Origin: the human T2T-CHM13v2.0 reference genome, Homo sapiens
Reading direction: 5' to 3' (one strand)
Assembly: GCF_009914755.1 (NCBI RefSeq)
Contig: NC_060947.1
Length of the DNA: 64,000 nucleotides
Below the pieces are notes generated by a model. The model was not told the origin of the DNA, did no database searches, and worked only from the letters and a program-made list of their open reading frames with translations. Positions 47,369 through 61,085 of this stretch are shown piece by piece. Position 1 is the first letter of the stretch, and each line of letters opens with the position of its first letter. Both the position numbers and the translations under genes were made by a program.

Positions 47369-49913
47369 GAGGCCTATATTTAACATTTTTAAAGAAAAGA
47401 ATTTCATAATCAGGCAAAGTAAGCTTCATAAGCATAGGAGAAAAATGATTCTTTTCAGAGAATAAATGCTAAGGGAATCTGTTACCACCAAACCTGCCTT
47501 AAAAGAAGTCATGAAAGAAGAGCTAAATACAGACAGTATAGACCATTGCCAGCCACCACAAAAACATACTTACATACATAAATTATTTACACGATAATAC
47601 AAACACACAATCAAGTGTGCATAATAACCAGCTAACAACACAATGACAGGATCAAACCTGCACATATCAATAGTAACCTTGAATGTAGGAAGGCTGAATT
47701 TCCCAATTAAAAGGCACAGAGTGGCAAGCTGGAAAAAGAAGTAAGATCCAACTGTATGATGTCAACAAAAGACTCATTTTACATGCAATGGCACCCAAAG
47801 TAATGGCTCAAAATGAAGGGATGGAGAAAAAATTACCAATCAAATGGAAAACAAAAGAAAGCAGGAGTTGCTAATTTCTGGGAAAAAAAAGATTTTAAAT
47901 CAAGAATGATTAAAAAAGTAAAATGAAAAATATGACATAGAGGTAAAGGGTTCAATTCAACAAGAAGACCTAAGAATCCTAAATATATATGCACCTATCA
48001 CAGGAGCACCTAGATTCATAGAGTAAGTTCTTAGAGAGCTACAAAGAGATTTGGATAACCACACAATAATAGTAGGTGTCACTAACACTCCACTGATGAT
48101 ACTAGACAAGTCATCGAGGCAGAAAACTAACAAAAATATTTGGGTCCTGAACTAGACATTGGACCAAATGTGCCAAACAGACATCTTGAGAACTCTCCAC
48201 CATAAAAACAAACAAACAAACAAAGAAAATAAAGTGTACATTATTCTCATATGCACATGGCACATACTATAAAATCGACCACGCAATCAGATATAAGAAA
48301 ATCCTCAGCAAATTCAAAATACTAAAATTATATTAAACACACTCTCAGACCATAGCACAATAAAAATATAAATCAATACTAAGAAAATTGCTCAAAACCA
48401 ATTACATGGAAATTAAAAAACTTGCTCCTGAATTACTTTTGAGTAAATAATGAAATTAAGGCAGAAATCAAGTAATTCCTTGAAACTAATGCTAATAAAT
48501 ACACAACATAGTAGAATCTCTGGGATGAAGCTAAGAAGTGTTAAGAGGGAAGTTTATAGCACTAATCATCAAAATCAGTAAGTTACAAAAATCTCAAATT
48601 AACAAATTAACATCACACCTAGAAGAACTAAAGAAACAAGAGTGAACTCACCTAAAGGCTAGCCGAAGTCAAAAATAACCAAATCAGAGCTGAGTTGAAG
48701 GAAACTGAGGTGTGAGCAACTATACAAAAGATCAACGAATCCAGGAATTGTTTCTTTGAAAGACAAAAATAATAGGTTGCTGGGCAGAGTAATAAAGAAT
48801 AACAAACAAAAAAGATCCAAATAAACACAATCAGGAAATGACCAAGGGGACATTACCAATGGCTCACACACAAAAACAAAACAAAACTCTAAGGGTGAAG
48901 GGAGGGAAAAAAAACTCTAATAAACTACTATGAACACCTCTATGCACACAAGTTAGAAAATCTAGAGGAAATAGATAAATTCCTGGAAACGTACAACCCT
49001 CCAAGATTGAAGCAAGAAGAAATTAAATCCCTGAACACACTCATCATGAGTACTGAAATTAAATCAGTAATAAAAAACCTACCACCCAGGAAAAGTCCAG
49101 GACCAGACAAATTCAAAGTCAAATTCTACCACATGTATAAAGAGGAGCTGATACTATTCTTGCTAAAATTACTGCAAAAAAATTGAGGAAGAAGCAGTCA
49201 TCTGTAACTCATTCTATGAAGCCATCATCATCCTGATACCAAAATCTGGCAGAGACATACATACACATACACAAACTTCAGGTCAATATCCTTGGTGAAC
49301 ATAGAAGCAAACATTCTCAGCAGAATACTAGCAAACCAAACCCAGCAGCATATCAAAATGCTAATTCACCACAATCAAGTAGGTTTTATCCCTGGGATGC
49401 AAGGTTGCTTCAACGTACATATCAAAAATGTAATTCACCACATTAAGAAAACTAGAAACAAAAATGACATGATTATATCAATAGATGCAGAAAAGGCTTT
49501 CAATAAAATTTAACATTGCTTTGCGTTAAAAGTCCTCAACAAAAGAGGTATTGGAGGAATCTATGTCAAAATAGTAAGAGCCATCTAAGAGAAACCCACA
49601 GTCAATATTATACTGAATGGACAAATGCTGCAAGCACTGCCCTTGAGAACTGGAACAAGAAAAAAAAAAGGCCCATTCTCACTACTCCTGTTTTTCTTAG
49701 AAATGGAATGTATACCCAGAGAAATCAAGTAAAAGAAAGAAATAAAATGTATCTAACTAGGAAGAGAGGAAGTCAAACTATCTCTGTTTGCAGACAACAT
49801 AATTCTATACTTAGAAAACTCCAGAGTGTCTTCCCAAAGGTTCCTTCATCTGATAAACAACTTCAGAAAAATTTCAGGATATGAAATCAATGTACAAAAC
49901 TGAGTAACCTTTC

Positions 49914-50222
49914 CGCCGGGCGCGGTGGCTCATGCCTGTAATCCCAGCACTTTGGGAGGCCAAGACGGGCAGATCACGAGGTCAGGAGATCGAGACCACC
50001 CTGGCTAACATAATGAAACCCCGTCTCTACTAAAAACATAAAAAATTAGCCGGGCATGGTGGCAGGTGCTTGTAGTCCCAGCTACTCAGGAGGCTAAGGC
50101 AGGAGAATGTGGTGAACCCAGGAGGGGAGGCGGAGCTTGCAGTGAGCCGAGATTGCGCCACTGCACTCCGGCCTGGGCAACAGAGCGAGACTCCGTTTCA
50201 AAAAAAAAAAAAAAAAAAAAAA
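49914..50222 (+). mobile_element. AluY in L1 ORF2
   Basis: gagatcgagacc, ggcggagcttgcagtgagccgag, long A tail; TSD agtaacctttc. Confidence 0.95.
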
Positions 50223-51875
50223 TCAGTAACCTTTCTATACATCAACAAAGTCTAAGCTCAGAGGCAAATCAAGAAAACAATCCCATTCACAATAGCCACA
50301 AAAAGAATAAAATACCCAGCAATAAATCTGACTAGGGAGGTGAAAGATCTCTATGATAAGAATTACAAAACACTGCTCAAAGAAATCGGAGTTGATAAAA
50401 ACAAATGAAAATTTATTCCATTTTCATTGGCAAGAGTAAACAATATTGTTAAAATGACCATACTACCCAAAGCAATTTACAGATTCATTTATATGAAACT
50501 ACCAATGATATTTTTCACAGAATTAGTAAAAAAAAATAATTAAATTTAATACAGAAACAAAAAGAGTTTAAATAGCCAAGGCAATTTTAAGCAAAATGAA
50601 TGAAGCTGGAGGCATCATGTTACTCAACTTCAAACCATATTATGAGGCTACAGTAACCAAAACAGCATGGCAGTGGCACAAAAACAGACATGTAGACCAA
50701 TGAAACAGAATACAGAGCACATAAATAATGCTGTAAACTTGCAACTACATGATCTTTGACAAAGTTGAGCAAAAAAGCAATGGGGAAGTGAATCCTTATC
50801 CAATAAATGATGCTGGGATAATTGGCTAGTGATATGCAGAAGATTGAAAGTGGACATCATATATAGGCTATAGTAACCAAAATAGAATAATACTGGTACA
50901 AAAATAGACATCTAAATAAATGAAACAGAATAGAGAACCCAGAAATAAAAGTCAAATACCTATAATCAACTGATCTTTGAAAAATTTGACAAAAGTAATG
51001 TGAAAAGGACATCCTATTTAATAAATGGTTCTGAAAAAACTGGCTAGCCATATGCAGAAAAATCAAAATGGGCCCCAATCTTTCACCATATACAAAAATT
51101 AACTCAAGGTCAATTAAAAACTTAAATGTGAGACCACAGACTTATAAAAATTCCAGATGAAAATCTAGGAAAAACTTTTCTGAGTGTTCGCCTAGGCAAA
51201 GAGGCTATGATTAAGACCTCAAAAGCAAATGCAAGAAAAGTGAAAATAGATAAATGGGACTTGTAAACAGCTTCTGTACAGAAAGAAAATTTCAACATTA
51301 TAAACTGACAACATACAGAATAGGAGAAAATATTTGCAAATTATGCCTTTGATAAAGAACGAATATCCAGAATCTACAAATAACTCAAACAATGTAATAA
51401 GAAAAAAAAAACATTAAAAAGTGAACAAAGGACAGGAACAGACACTTCCCAAAATAAGACATAAAAGTGGCCAATAAACATGAAAAAATGCTCCACATCA
51501 CAAGCCATCAGATAAATGCAAGTCAATACCACGATGAGATATCATCTTACACTGATCAGAATAGTTATTATTAAAAAGTCAAAAAAACCACAGATGTTAA
51601 TGTGGATTCAGAGAAAAGAGAATGCCCATACACTGTTGATGAGAATGTAAATTAATACAACCTCACTGGAAAACAATATGGAGATTTCTCAAAGAACTAG
51701 AACTACCACTCAATCCAATAATCAATCCCACTACTGAGCGTCTACTCAAAGAAAAATAAATATTTATATAAAAAGAACAGTTGCACTTGCATTTTTATTG
51801 CAGCATCATTCACAATAGCAAACTCATAGAATTAACCTAAGTGTCCATGAACAGGTAATTAAATAAAGAAAAATG

Positions 51876-52150
51876 TGAATATATATACATATACACATAC
51901 ATACACTCATTGTATATATATACAGGCACACACACACATATACACACATACACCCTGTGGAATACATGTGTTTATATAGATATACACATGTATGTATACA
52001 TATATAATTTACACATATACAAAATATATTTATTAAAAAGTTAAGAAACATGTGTATAATACATATTACATATATGAAATATGTGCATATGTGTATATTA
52101 TACATATATAGGTATATATTATATATTTATACATATATGTGTTTATATAC
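51876..52150. repeat. (TA/CA/TG)n low-complexity expansion inside L1
   Basis: Direct reading. Confidence 0.9.
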
Positions 52151-52399
52151 ACCATAGAAATCTATGCAGTCATAAAAAAGAATAAAATTATGTCTTTTGC
52201 AGTAACATCAATGGAGCTGGAGAACATTATCCTTAGTGAAATAACCCAGAAAAATAAAATCAAATATCACATGTTCTCACTTATTAGTGGAAGTTAAACA
52301 ACGGGTACACATGAACATTAAAATGAAGATAATAGACACTGGGATGACACAAGCAAGAATGGTGGAGGAGTGAGTATTAAAAAAGTACTTACTGGGTAT

Positions 52400-52822
52400 T
52401 ACATTAGTCCATTCTCACATTGCTTTAAAGAAATACTTGAGACTGGGTAATTTATTTAAAAAATGAGGTTTATCGGCTCAGTTTTACAGGCTGTACAGGA
52501 AGCATGGCAGCATCTGGCCTGCTTCTGGGGAGACCTCAGGAAACTTACTATCATGGCAGAAAGCGAAGCAAGACCAACACCTCACATGAACAGAGCAGGA
52601 GGAAGAGAGAGAAGGGAGAAGACCCATACACTTTTAAACACCCAAATCAACACCCAGATCTCATGAGAACACTATCATAGGACAGCACCAAAGGAATGGT
52701 GCTAAACCATTTATGAAGGACCACCCCTATGATCCAATCACCTTCCACCAGGCCACGTCTTCAACACTGTTATTGACAATTCAACATGAGATTTGGTGGG
52801 GACACAGAACCAAACCACATCA
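52400..52822 (-). mobile_element. MSTA solo LTR
   Basis: attagtccattctcacattgct...caggctgtacaggaagcatg...catgagatttggtggggacacagaaccaaaccacatca; TSD ggtat/agtac. Confidence 0.9.
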
Positions 52823-53226
52823 AGTACATTGCTCACTATTTGGGTGATGGGTACACTACAAGCCCAAGCCTCACCATTGCACAGTATTTCCATGTAAAAA
52901 ACAAACATGCACATTTGCCTCCTGAATCTAAAATAATTTTTAAAAACCCACTGAGGTTGTGATTAAAAATTTTTAAAAAGAAATTTCATTAAAGTTCCCC
53001 ATAATAATTGTGATTTTTCTATTTCTTCTTCATTACTCTAATGATAACAATTTCATATATAATAGTTATATATATATATATTTGTTCTTTACATTTTTTA
53101 GATTTTAAGTTATATTGTTAGATACATGAGATGCATACATATTATGTATTTTCAGTGATAATTTTTACTAAAATAAAAGTGTTTTCATTTTAGAATTTCT
53201 CTTTCTAAATTCTATATAGTCATATA

Positions 53227-53636
53227 TGATATGCTTTGGATCTGTGCCCGCACCAAATCTCATGTCGTGTTGTAATCCCCAGTGTTGGAGGTAGGTCCTG
53301 GTGGGAGGTGATTGGATCATGGGAGGAGTTTCTCATGAATGGTTTAGCACTGTTTCCCTTGGTCGCGATAGTGAGTGAGTTCTTGTTAGATCTGGTCATG
53401 TAAAAATGTGTGGCACCCCTCCTCTCTCTCTTTTCCTCCTTCTCTGGCTTTGTGAAGTGCTTTATTTTCCCTTCAATTTCCAAGATGATTGGAAGTTCCT
53501 TGAGGCCTCCTCAAAAGCTGATGCCACCATACTTCCTGTACAGCCTGCAGAACCGTGAGTGCATTAAACCTCTTTTCTTTATAAATTACCCAGTCTCAGG
53601 TATTTCTTTATAGCAATGTGAGAATTGACTAACACA
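53227..53636 (+). mobile_element. MSTA solo LTR
   Basis: tgatatgctttggatctgtg ... gcaatgtgagaattgactaacaca; perfect TSD atata at 53222-53226 and 53637-53641. Confidence 0.93.
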
Positions 53637-53857
53637 ATATACTAATATATTGTGTTATCTATCTGTTTTAGACTTTTCTAAGAATAACTTTCTGCCCCCT
53701 TTCATTTGCAAGTTTCCTGGACTTTTTAAATCTAAATCTGCCTCTTATAAATGTACATTAGATTTCTTTTTCAACCAAATTCGAATCTCTCTTAGTTAAC
53801 AGATAAATTTAGTCAGTTCAACTTATTATAATTTTTGATACATTTGGATGTATTTAA

Positions 53858-54220
<363 letters not shown>

Positions 54221-54399
54221 TGAAAGTTCTACATTCTATTTCTAATCTTTCACAGGTTACTTTTAAATTTTTAGCCCCAGTTTGTAAGCTTTTTTGAAAT
54301 TATGTAGAGTTTATCATTATCTACATACATATTCCCTAAAATAGAACAAAAACTTTAGAAAGCTTTACATAGCAAAACTTCCAACATACCAGAGAATAT

Positions 54400-55400
54400 T
54401 AGAAACTTGAGCAAACCAGCAAAAATTAAAGGAAGAGAATTTAAAAATGGTCAATAGTTAATATGAAATAATATGTAAGGAATAAAATAACATATCATTT
54501 GTTAGATTAATGGTGATATGTACAATTTTGTATCAAAATGTAAAACCCTTCATTTGTATTAAAAATATTTTTCTCTTTTTTCAGAACTTAACAGATTAAG
54601 GATCCAAGAAGTAAATAAGAAGTAAACATCTACAACCAATAAGGTCTATCCGAAATGCAGAAAACTTCATATTCCATAAACAAATATTTATAGTTTTTAT
54701 GTCCTTAATTTACAGAAAGTATTTATATATTTAGCCACAAAGTACACCTGAAACAAAGCAAAACAGACAGATGTAACATATTCTCTTATCATGATCCAGT
54801 GTAATTTGAATTAAATAGCTTTTAGAAATTAACAAACACTCATAAAGTCTTCTGGATCAAAGAAGAAACTGATCCTCGTGGAAAACAACTATTACAAAGA
54901 AAATTTATAGCTTTGAATAGTTTTATTTTTTTTAACCCTCAAAATAAATGGACTCAGTATCCACCTCTTTAGAAATTTGTAAAGCAAAAACAGAAAAAAT
55001 AGAAAGAAAGTAGAAACAGGGATTTAAACATAAAGTTAAATTTAATATCAGAAGAGAGAAGAGTGAAAAAAAATATGTGAAACTGAAAACTAATTATTTA
55101 AGATGAGTAATACAATAAGTAAATCTTAAAGGTCTGATTTTTAAAAAGAAACAAAAGATATGATATTTGATATGGAAAGGAAATAAAAACCACAACAGTC
55201 TATTATGAACATCTCTATAGTAATTGATTTGAAATTTTAGAATAAATTGATGGCAACATAATAAAGCATAAATTATAAAAGCAGATACAAGAAGAAATAG
55301 AAAACAAAGAGTACCCCATAATATATCCATCTAATGTGTACCTATAAAAATTTTTTAAAAAAGAAAACAAACAGATCAATACCCCCTAGAAAGGTGATTA
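54400..55400 (+). mobile_element. Ancient L1M ORF2 fragments
   Basis: A-rich; atttagccacaaag...gaaaatttatagctttgaat resembles post-endonuclease ORF2. Confidence 0.5.
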
Positions 55401-55414
55401 TAAATACATCATTT

Positions 55415-56730
55415 AGATTTCTGGTTAAATGTGGTAAACTATGCGTACACATTTATCTGTGATATATCATGACATTCCATTCACATGCTTATTAAGGCAT
55501 TTTTAAGTCATATATCAAATAATATTGAGAGAAGAAGACAGAAGATCAGAATTGTCAAATAATTTTAAGTTCAAAGTTGATAAATAAGTGATAACTTAAT
55601 TGTCAGATACAAAAAAGCTGAAGATTAAATGTCCCTGATGACGGATGAGAGAAAAAAAAAATTAACTCAATCTACACGGTGTAATTCCTGAAAGGCTAAT
55701 TAATTAGAGGCAAACTGTATTTATACGAATATGAATGGGAATGGATCTGAAAACCAAAAAGATCATCAAATTCTATAAATGAGAGGGAAAAACTTAAAAA
55801 GACAGATCGAGTAAAAAATCTGCTGAAGAACGGAGAGAACTCACAACCTCTTTCAATTCTAGGGTCCTTGATCAGGGAGAACTCAGAATTTCTTTCTATT
55901 TTGGTTTCTTAGATCACTGGAATTTAGGTTTACATCTGTAGGCAACATTGTACAGTTCTTCATGGTTTCCACTGACCAGCCTAAAATACACAAATACAAT
56001 GATAAATAAGAGCTGCCTAACAAAATGACTATTCTGCCAGAAGAATCTAGAATATTAGACTCAACCATCCCTCAGTGTTCACCTTTTAGTGTCTGATATG
56101 GTTTGTCTGTGTGCCCACCCAAATCTCATCTGGAATTATAGATCCCATAATTCCCAAGTGTTGTGGGAGGGACCTGGTGGGAGGTAATTTAATCATTGGG
56201 GCAGTTGCTTTTATGCTGTTCTCATGTTAGTGAGTGAAATCTCACGAGATCTGATGGTTTTATAAGGGGTTTTTTCCCATTTTTCTTGTCACTTCCCGTC
56301 CTGCCACCCCGTGAAGAAGGACGTGTTTGCTTCCCCATCTAACATGATTGTAAGTTTCCAGAGCCCCCAGCCAGACATGCTGAACTGTGAGTCAATTAAA
56401 CCTCTTTCTTTATAAATTACCCAATCTTGGGGATGTCTTTATTAGCAGCATAAGAACGGACTAACACAGTGGCTCTCTTAATTTTGAATAAATAACCAAA
56501 CGTTATTAGAATTTTGGAAATAACCTTTTGTGTAAAAGGAAAAATGAAACAAAATAAAATCATCGTAAATACTGAAGGTAAAGAATTCTAAAAGCTATGG
56601 AGAAAAGGTCGTGGATAAGGTCATAAATAAGGAAACAGTGAAATCAGACTTCTCAGTAGAAATCCTGCTATTAGAAGGTAATGAAGTATTGCCTTAAAAT
56701 TACTGAGGGAAAATTATCTTAAATCTATAA
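55415..56730 (+). mobile_element. Ancient L1ME/HAL1 5' fragments, split by THE1
   Basis: atttctggttaaatgtgg...acacatttatct; aaatcagacttctcagtagaa...ttaaaattactgagggaaaa (ORF1 3' part). Confidence 0.45.
56094..56468 (+). mobile_element. THE1C-like solo LTR
   Basis: tgatatggtttg...gtgaagaaggacgtgtttgcttcccc...gaacggactaacaca; TSD gtgtc/gtggc. Confidence 0.92.
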
Positions 56731-56754
56731 TTTTATTTATTTAGTATGTTATCA

Positions 56755-57172
56755 GCATTTAGCAAATTTATTGTGGCAAAAACACTAACTTGAGATCTAC
56801 CCTTGTAACAAACTTATTAAATTATACAAATATTGTCTACTATAGGTACAATGTTATGCAGCAGATCTCTAGAATTTATTCATGCTTTATAATTTAAACT
56901 TTATACCCCTTGAAAAGCAAGTCCCTATTTCCCCTTTCACCAGCTCTTGGTACTACCATCCTATACTCTGTTTCTCTGAGTTTGACTATTTTAGATACCT
57001 CATATAAGTGGAATTATGCAGTATTTTTAATTATGTGACTGGATTGTTACACTTAGCTTAATGTCCTAAAGATTTATTCATGTGTTCTCATATGAAAAGA
57101 TTTTCTACTTTTTAAAGACTGAGAGATATTCCATTGTGTATATATACCACATATTTGTTATTCAATCATCCT
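56755..57172 (-). mobile_element. L1MA9-like 3' end
   Basis: tgagatctaccct...atgttatgcagcagatctctagaatttattcat...tttagatacctcatataagtgg. Confidence 0.8.
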
Positions 57173-57189
57173 AGGATAATTTTTCCTGG

Positions 57190-57332
57190 ATGACCCAGGA
57201 AAATTAATTCTCTAAACTTATTTTTTTCATTTGTATTTGGGGACCAACATTCATACCTTACTGGGCTACCATGAGGATTACATTAGTTTATGCAGTAAAG
57301 TGCTTGTCTTGAGTGCCGGCTTGATAATTATT
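57190..57332 (+). mobile_element. MIR fragment
   Basis: tcatttgta...atacctta...tgaggatta...gtaaagtgctt. Confidence 0.6.
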
Positions 57333-57464
57333 TTTTTTCCACTTTACCACCTCAGGATCCTAGAAATTTAGATTTAATAGTATCTGAGTTTCTACAAATT
57401 CTGCAATGAAATGTTCCCATGTCATGTAACATAGATAGAATAAATATTGGTTTACTTTATTATG

Positions 57465-57520
57465 CTTTTATGCTTGACACACTATTACGTGTTGACACTA
57501 TTATGCTTGACACATTATCC
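57465..57520. repeat. Short imperfect tandem triplication (ttatgcttgacac..tat, about 17-bp unit)
   Basis: ttatgcttgacacactattacgtgttgacactattatgcttgacacattat. Confidence 0.75.
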
Positions 57521-58613
57521 CATCACAACGGAGGTTATGTAGAAGTATTAGTCAGGGTCTCTGTCTTCAAGAACTTTGCAATAGAGTTTGAAATACAAGA
57601 ATAATGTACATAAATCTACTTTGAACATTCTGTTACCTGTCATCCCAATATCCATAATTGAATGAAATTAGCCACCAATGATAAACTTTAGGTAGAATTT
57701 ATGCCTGCTTTCCTTCTACCTGTAAAAAATACACGTAATGTAAATATACTATAGAGTTTGCTATAAGTAGCTTATGAATTTTAGCAGATATTATCTCTCA
57801 ACAAATTTTGAGGACAAGAGTAGGAATAATTTCACATGTCTTACTGTTTTTATTCTTACTAGTTTTAATAAGAATCTTTTACATATTTGTGATTCTAAGA
57901 CACATATATATGTATATCATGCATTTTGTAATCATTGCTAACATGTTTTCGTACACTTTTAGAATTTCAATACAGGAATAAATGTTAGAAATCTAACATT
58001 CATTCTTAAATGGCTGCAGGGAAGTGGGGAATGGATAGAGAATATATATATTTCCCTAGATGTCCTGTTCAAATTATACATGGCATCCTCTGAAATAGAT
58101 TCTGGCATCATCCTCCTCCCCACCACCCCCATGCATCCTGGTGAGAGTAATTCAGAGAGTGTGTTGAAGAGAAAACTGAGGCTAAAAATGTAAAAATGTA
58201 TTACCCAGAGGTCCACACATACAATATGGCAGGGTTATCATTCCCAAGTAAGTGCTCTTTCCCATAGCCTACCTGGCCACTTCCTTTAGTTTTTTTATCT
58301 GTATTGTAAACATGGTTCATGAAGTCTTTATTTCCTAATACAAATAGGTGATCTTCTGGAAACTTGTAACTCTTCAACGTTATCTTTTTTCATTGATTTA
58401 CCATATTCTACATTTATTAAAATTATTTATAAGTTGTATAGTTTATTTTAATGCAGCCTATTAATATTTAAACACTGTCTCCCTTGCCTGCATTATATCT
58501 TGAACATTGTAATTTATCAGTACATATCCAGCTTAAATATAGTCGTATAAATAACATCTCTAGAGTACAAAGTTGTATTTATTAATGTTTTATAATTTAA
58601 TTGTTAAGGGAGG

Positions 58614-59200
58614 TATATTAGTCATTGTTCAATTAGGAAAGAAAACTACTCTAGATTTTTTAAACAGAGAGGGCTTTGTGCCAGAAATTGATTACAAAAT
58701 AGTTGAAATGGATAGAGGAGGAAAACGATGTGCTTGAGAAACCAGTAAGAGGAGATATTACCTAGAGATTAAGAAGCAACTACAACCCATAGGCTCATAC
58801 CCATCAGCCCACATTGCTGTTGATCTTCTGGTGGTGCTACAAGTGCCATTGCTTCTACTGAAACTGCACTATTGCTGAGATTGCCCTGCTGCAGATGCTG
58901 CTGAAATTACCACCAGTACTGCTAGAAACCCAGCGTTCTAATATATATGCAGTCCTTCAGTCATTAATTGCTAATGCTACCACAAAATATTAACAGAAGA
59001 ACGGGAAAATTATGAAACTGTTTTTCTCTAGCCTTCAAATTCACTGCCAGTGCTACCCATTTATGGACTCTAACTGAAAAACGGCTTTCAAGCGTGTATA
59101 GGATTTCGTTTTCTGGTTTCTAGACTCCTGTGACTCAAGGAAGAATAAAGACTGAGAATGGAGTTGAAAGTCAACAGGTGAATGGGGTTATTCATACTGT
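58614..59200 (-). mobile_element. Old MLT1 (N2/M/O-like) LTR
   Basis: tattagtcattgttcaattaggaaagaaaactactctag...aaacagagagg...ctgccagtgctacccatt. Confidence 0.55.
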
Positions 59201-59795
59201 CTCAGATACTACTGCCAAACAAGCTCCTTTTGTCTTAAAGTAACCAAGTACACTTGTGGATATAAAACTTCAGAGAGCAACTAGTAGAGGTAATTTGGAG
59301 AAAGAGCCAGATTTATATGGAATGTGGTTACTCACATGAAATATGATTTAATCAACAATCAGCCAAACAGTGCTATAAACTTCTTCATTACTTGGCCTGT
59401 TTAAGGCACAGTTAGGATATTTAAAGCATAATTTATACTCAAAGGAGTATAAATTGTACTCTTTTATAATTTAGTATAATTTGTATACCCTTTTATATAC
59501 AAAAGGCAGAAACACAACTATTTAGTGTTTACTATTATGCAAAGTAGTTTACATGTGTTACCCTCTTCATCCTTGAACCAACCTTGTAAAGTTTTAATTT
59601 ACAGAAACCGAAAGCAGAAAAATGTTGAGAAAATTGTCCATCTTCACAGTAAGAGGTAATAGACCCAGGCTTTAAAATAAATTTGCTCTGATTTGGTCTG
59701 ATTCCAAACTCGACCATCTTTCCTATAAGTTAGTTCTATTAAAAGCCTCACTTTATTTGCAATATCTATAGTAAAGCTAGCCTCAAATGTATTTA

Positions 59796-59862
59796 TGTGT
59801 GTGTGTGTGTGTATATATATGTGTGTATATATATATATGTGTGTGTGTGTATATATATATAT
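59796..59862. repeat. Compound (TG)n/(TA)n microsatellite
   Basis: Direct reading. Confidence 0.95.
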
Positions 59863-60019
59863 GCAATTTATTTTAAATGTTGACATTGGTAATACAAATT
59901 TAAAGCAAACCATGAGAATAATCCTTCTCAAATAGGCAGAGAGTGAGAGGGAGACTGGAGGATCAGAAGCTCCAGAAGGTTTAATAATGATTATAATGAA
60001 GGTGATACTGTAGATATTG

Positions 60020-60285
60020 ATAACAATAACTACAGTTAAAATTTGAGAGCTAATACTGTGCCAGACATTACGCTAACCATGTTATATGGTCTATATTATT
60101 TTACCCTCACAACAATCCTATGATGTACATCAAATTATTATATTCACGTATGTACATAATACTATTATATTACATGTTACATGTAAGGAGATTGAAGATT
60201 AAACCAGTTAAGTAGCTTTAGACTCAAACTTTGAACTCAGGAAGTCTTGCTGTAGCACTTAAAATATTAACTACTAAACTATGTC
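60020..60285 (-). mobile_element. MIR
   Basis: ttgagagctaatactgtgccagaca...ccctcacaacaatcctatga...tttgaactcagg. Confidence 0.75.
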
Positions 60286-61085
60286 GTTCCTTAGAAAATT
60301 ATGTTTTGTTGATATCCATGGAAAGTAATGGACATATGTGAATATATTTTGTCATGAACAATTTACATGGAAAGGAGGGAAAAGAGTGATAGTGTGTGGA
60401 GAAGGGAAATTTCTCTTGTGGGTTTTAGGGAAGGGATGAAATTCAAAGGAAAACAATACAAATAAGTTTTACTATGTGGTCAGAATCCAGAGAAGCACAG
60501 TAGTAGGTTTGGTGTAACTATTTGTATTTGATTTTAATCAAGATTATTCCAGAATGACAAACTGAGCCTAGGCAAGTTGGATTAAGCCTGACTGATATGG
60601 TGATGGCCCACCAGACATCTAATAACAGCACCTGTGGTATTGAAGATGTCTAAATCGGGACATGTCTTTTATGGGGAGCATTTTCTTACATAATAAAGGT
60701 GAAAAGTATGCACTGCTGAAATATCAGACATAAAATAATATGTATTATTTAAAGGTTGTTTGAGTAAACTGGCAGAGAAAAAATAGTGAGTGTTAGGGTA
60801 ATTACAGCTATCATAGGTGGGAATGGCTGTGGACCCATGGGCATGGTTTTGCAGATAAAACCACTGATTTTCTTGGTGGTGGTACGAAAAGTTGTAGGAG
60901 TGGTGAAAATCAGCTGAGGAGCCCTTGCTGAGGAGATGCTGTGGATTCTGTTAAGTTGAAGATCTTTAGACGTAAATCTTGCTTGTGTTTCTTTAACAAT
61001 ATCCGAAATAAAATCTTTGGAAGTGAGACAAAGTCACTCATGCTACATTATTCACTATTAAGTATGCAACAGGGGTCTTTTAGTG

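Larger units (their letters stand above)
45220..50859 (+). mobile_element. Second L1 (old L1PA-type): repeat-containing 5' UTR, ORF1 and most of ORF2, with no 3' end
   Basis: 140-bp UTR repeats, second ORF1 from about 46250, ORF2 ATG at 47643 (atgacaggatcaaa), remnant 49292-49513 ([23 protein letters not shown]). Confidence 0.85.
50860..52945 (+). mobile_element. L1PB-type ORF2 3' end and 3' UTR (last part of the chimeric L1)
   Basis: gagaacccagaaataaaagtcaaatacc...; 3' UTR tttgggtgatgggtacacta..agcccaa.cctcaccatt...cctgaatctaaaataa. Confidence 0.8.

Noticed and set aside
52930-52990. Possible short 3' transduction after the L1PB tail, with a candidate TSD (41720-41745 vs 52965-52990, about 21/26)
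   Set aside because: The match is A/T low-complexity, and the intervening bases are equally explained as the resumed L1ME host. It cannot be resolved by eye.
60480-60970. Unique, slightly GC-richer stretch examined as a possible exon on either strand
   Set aside because: No sustained open frame bounded by credible splice sites
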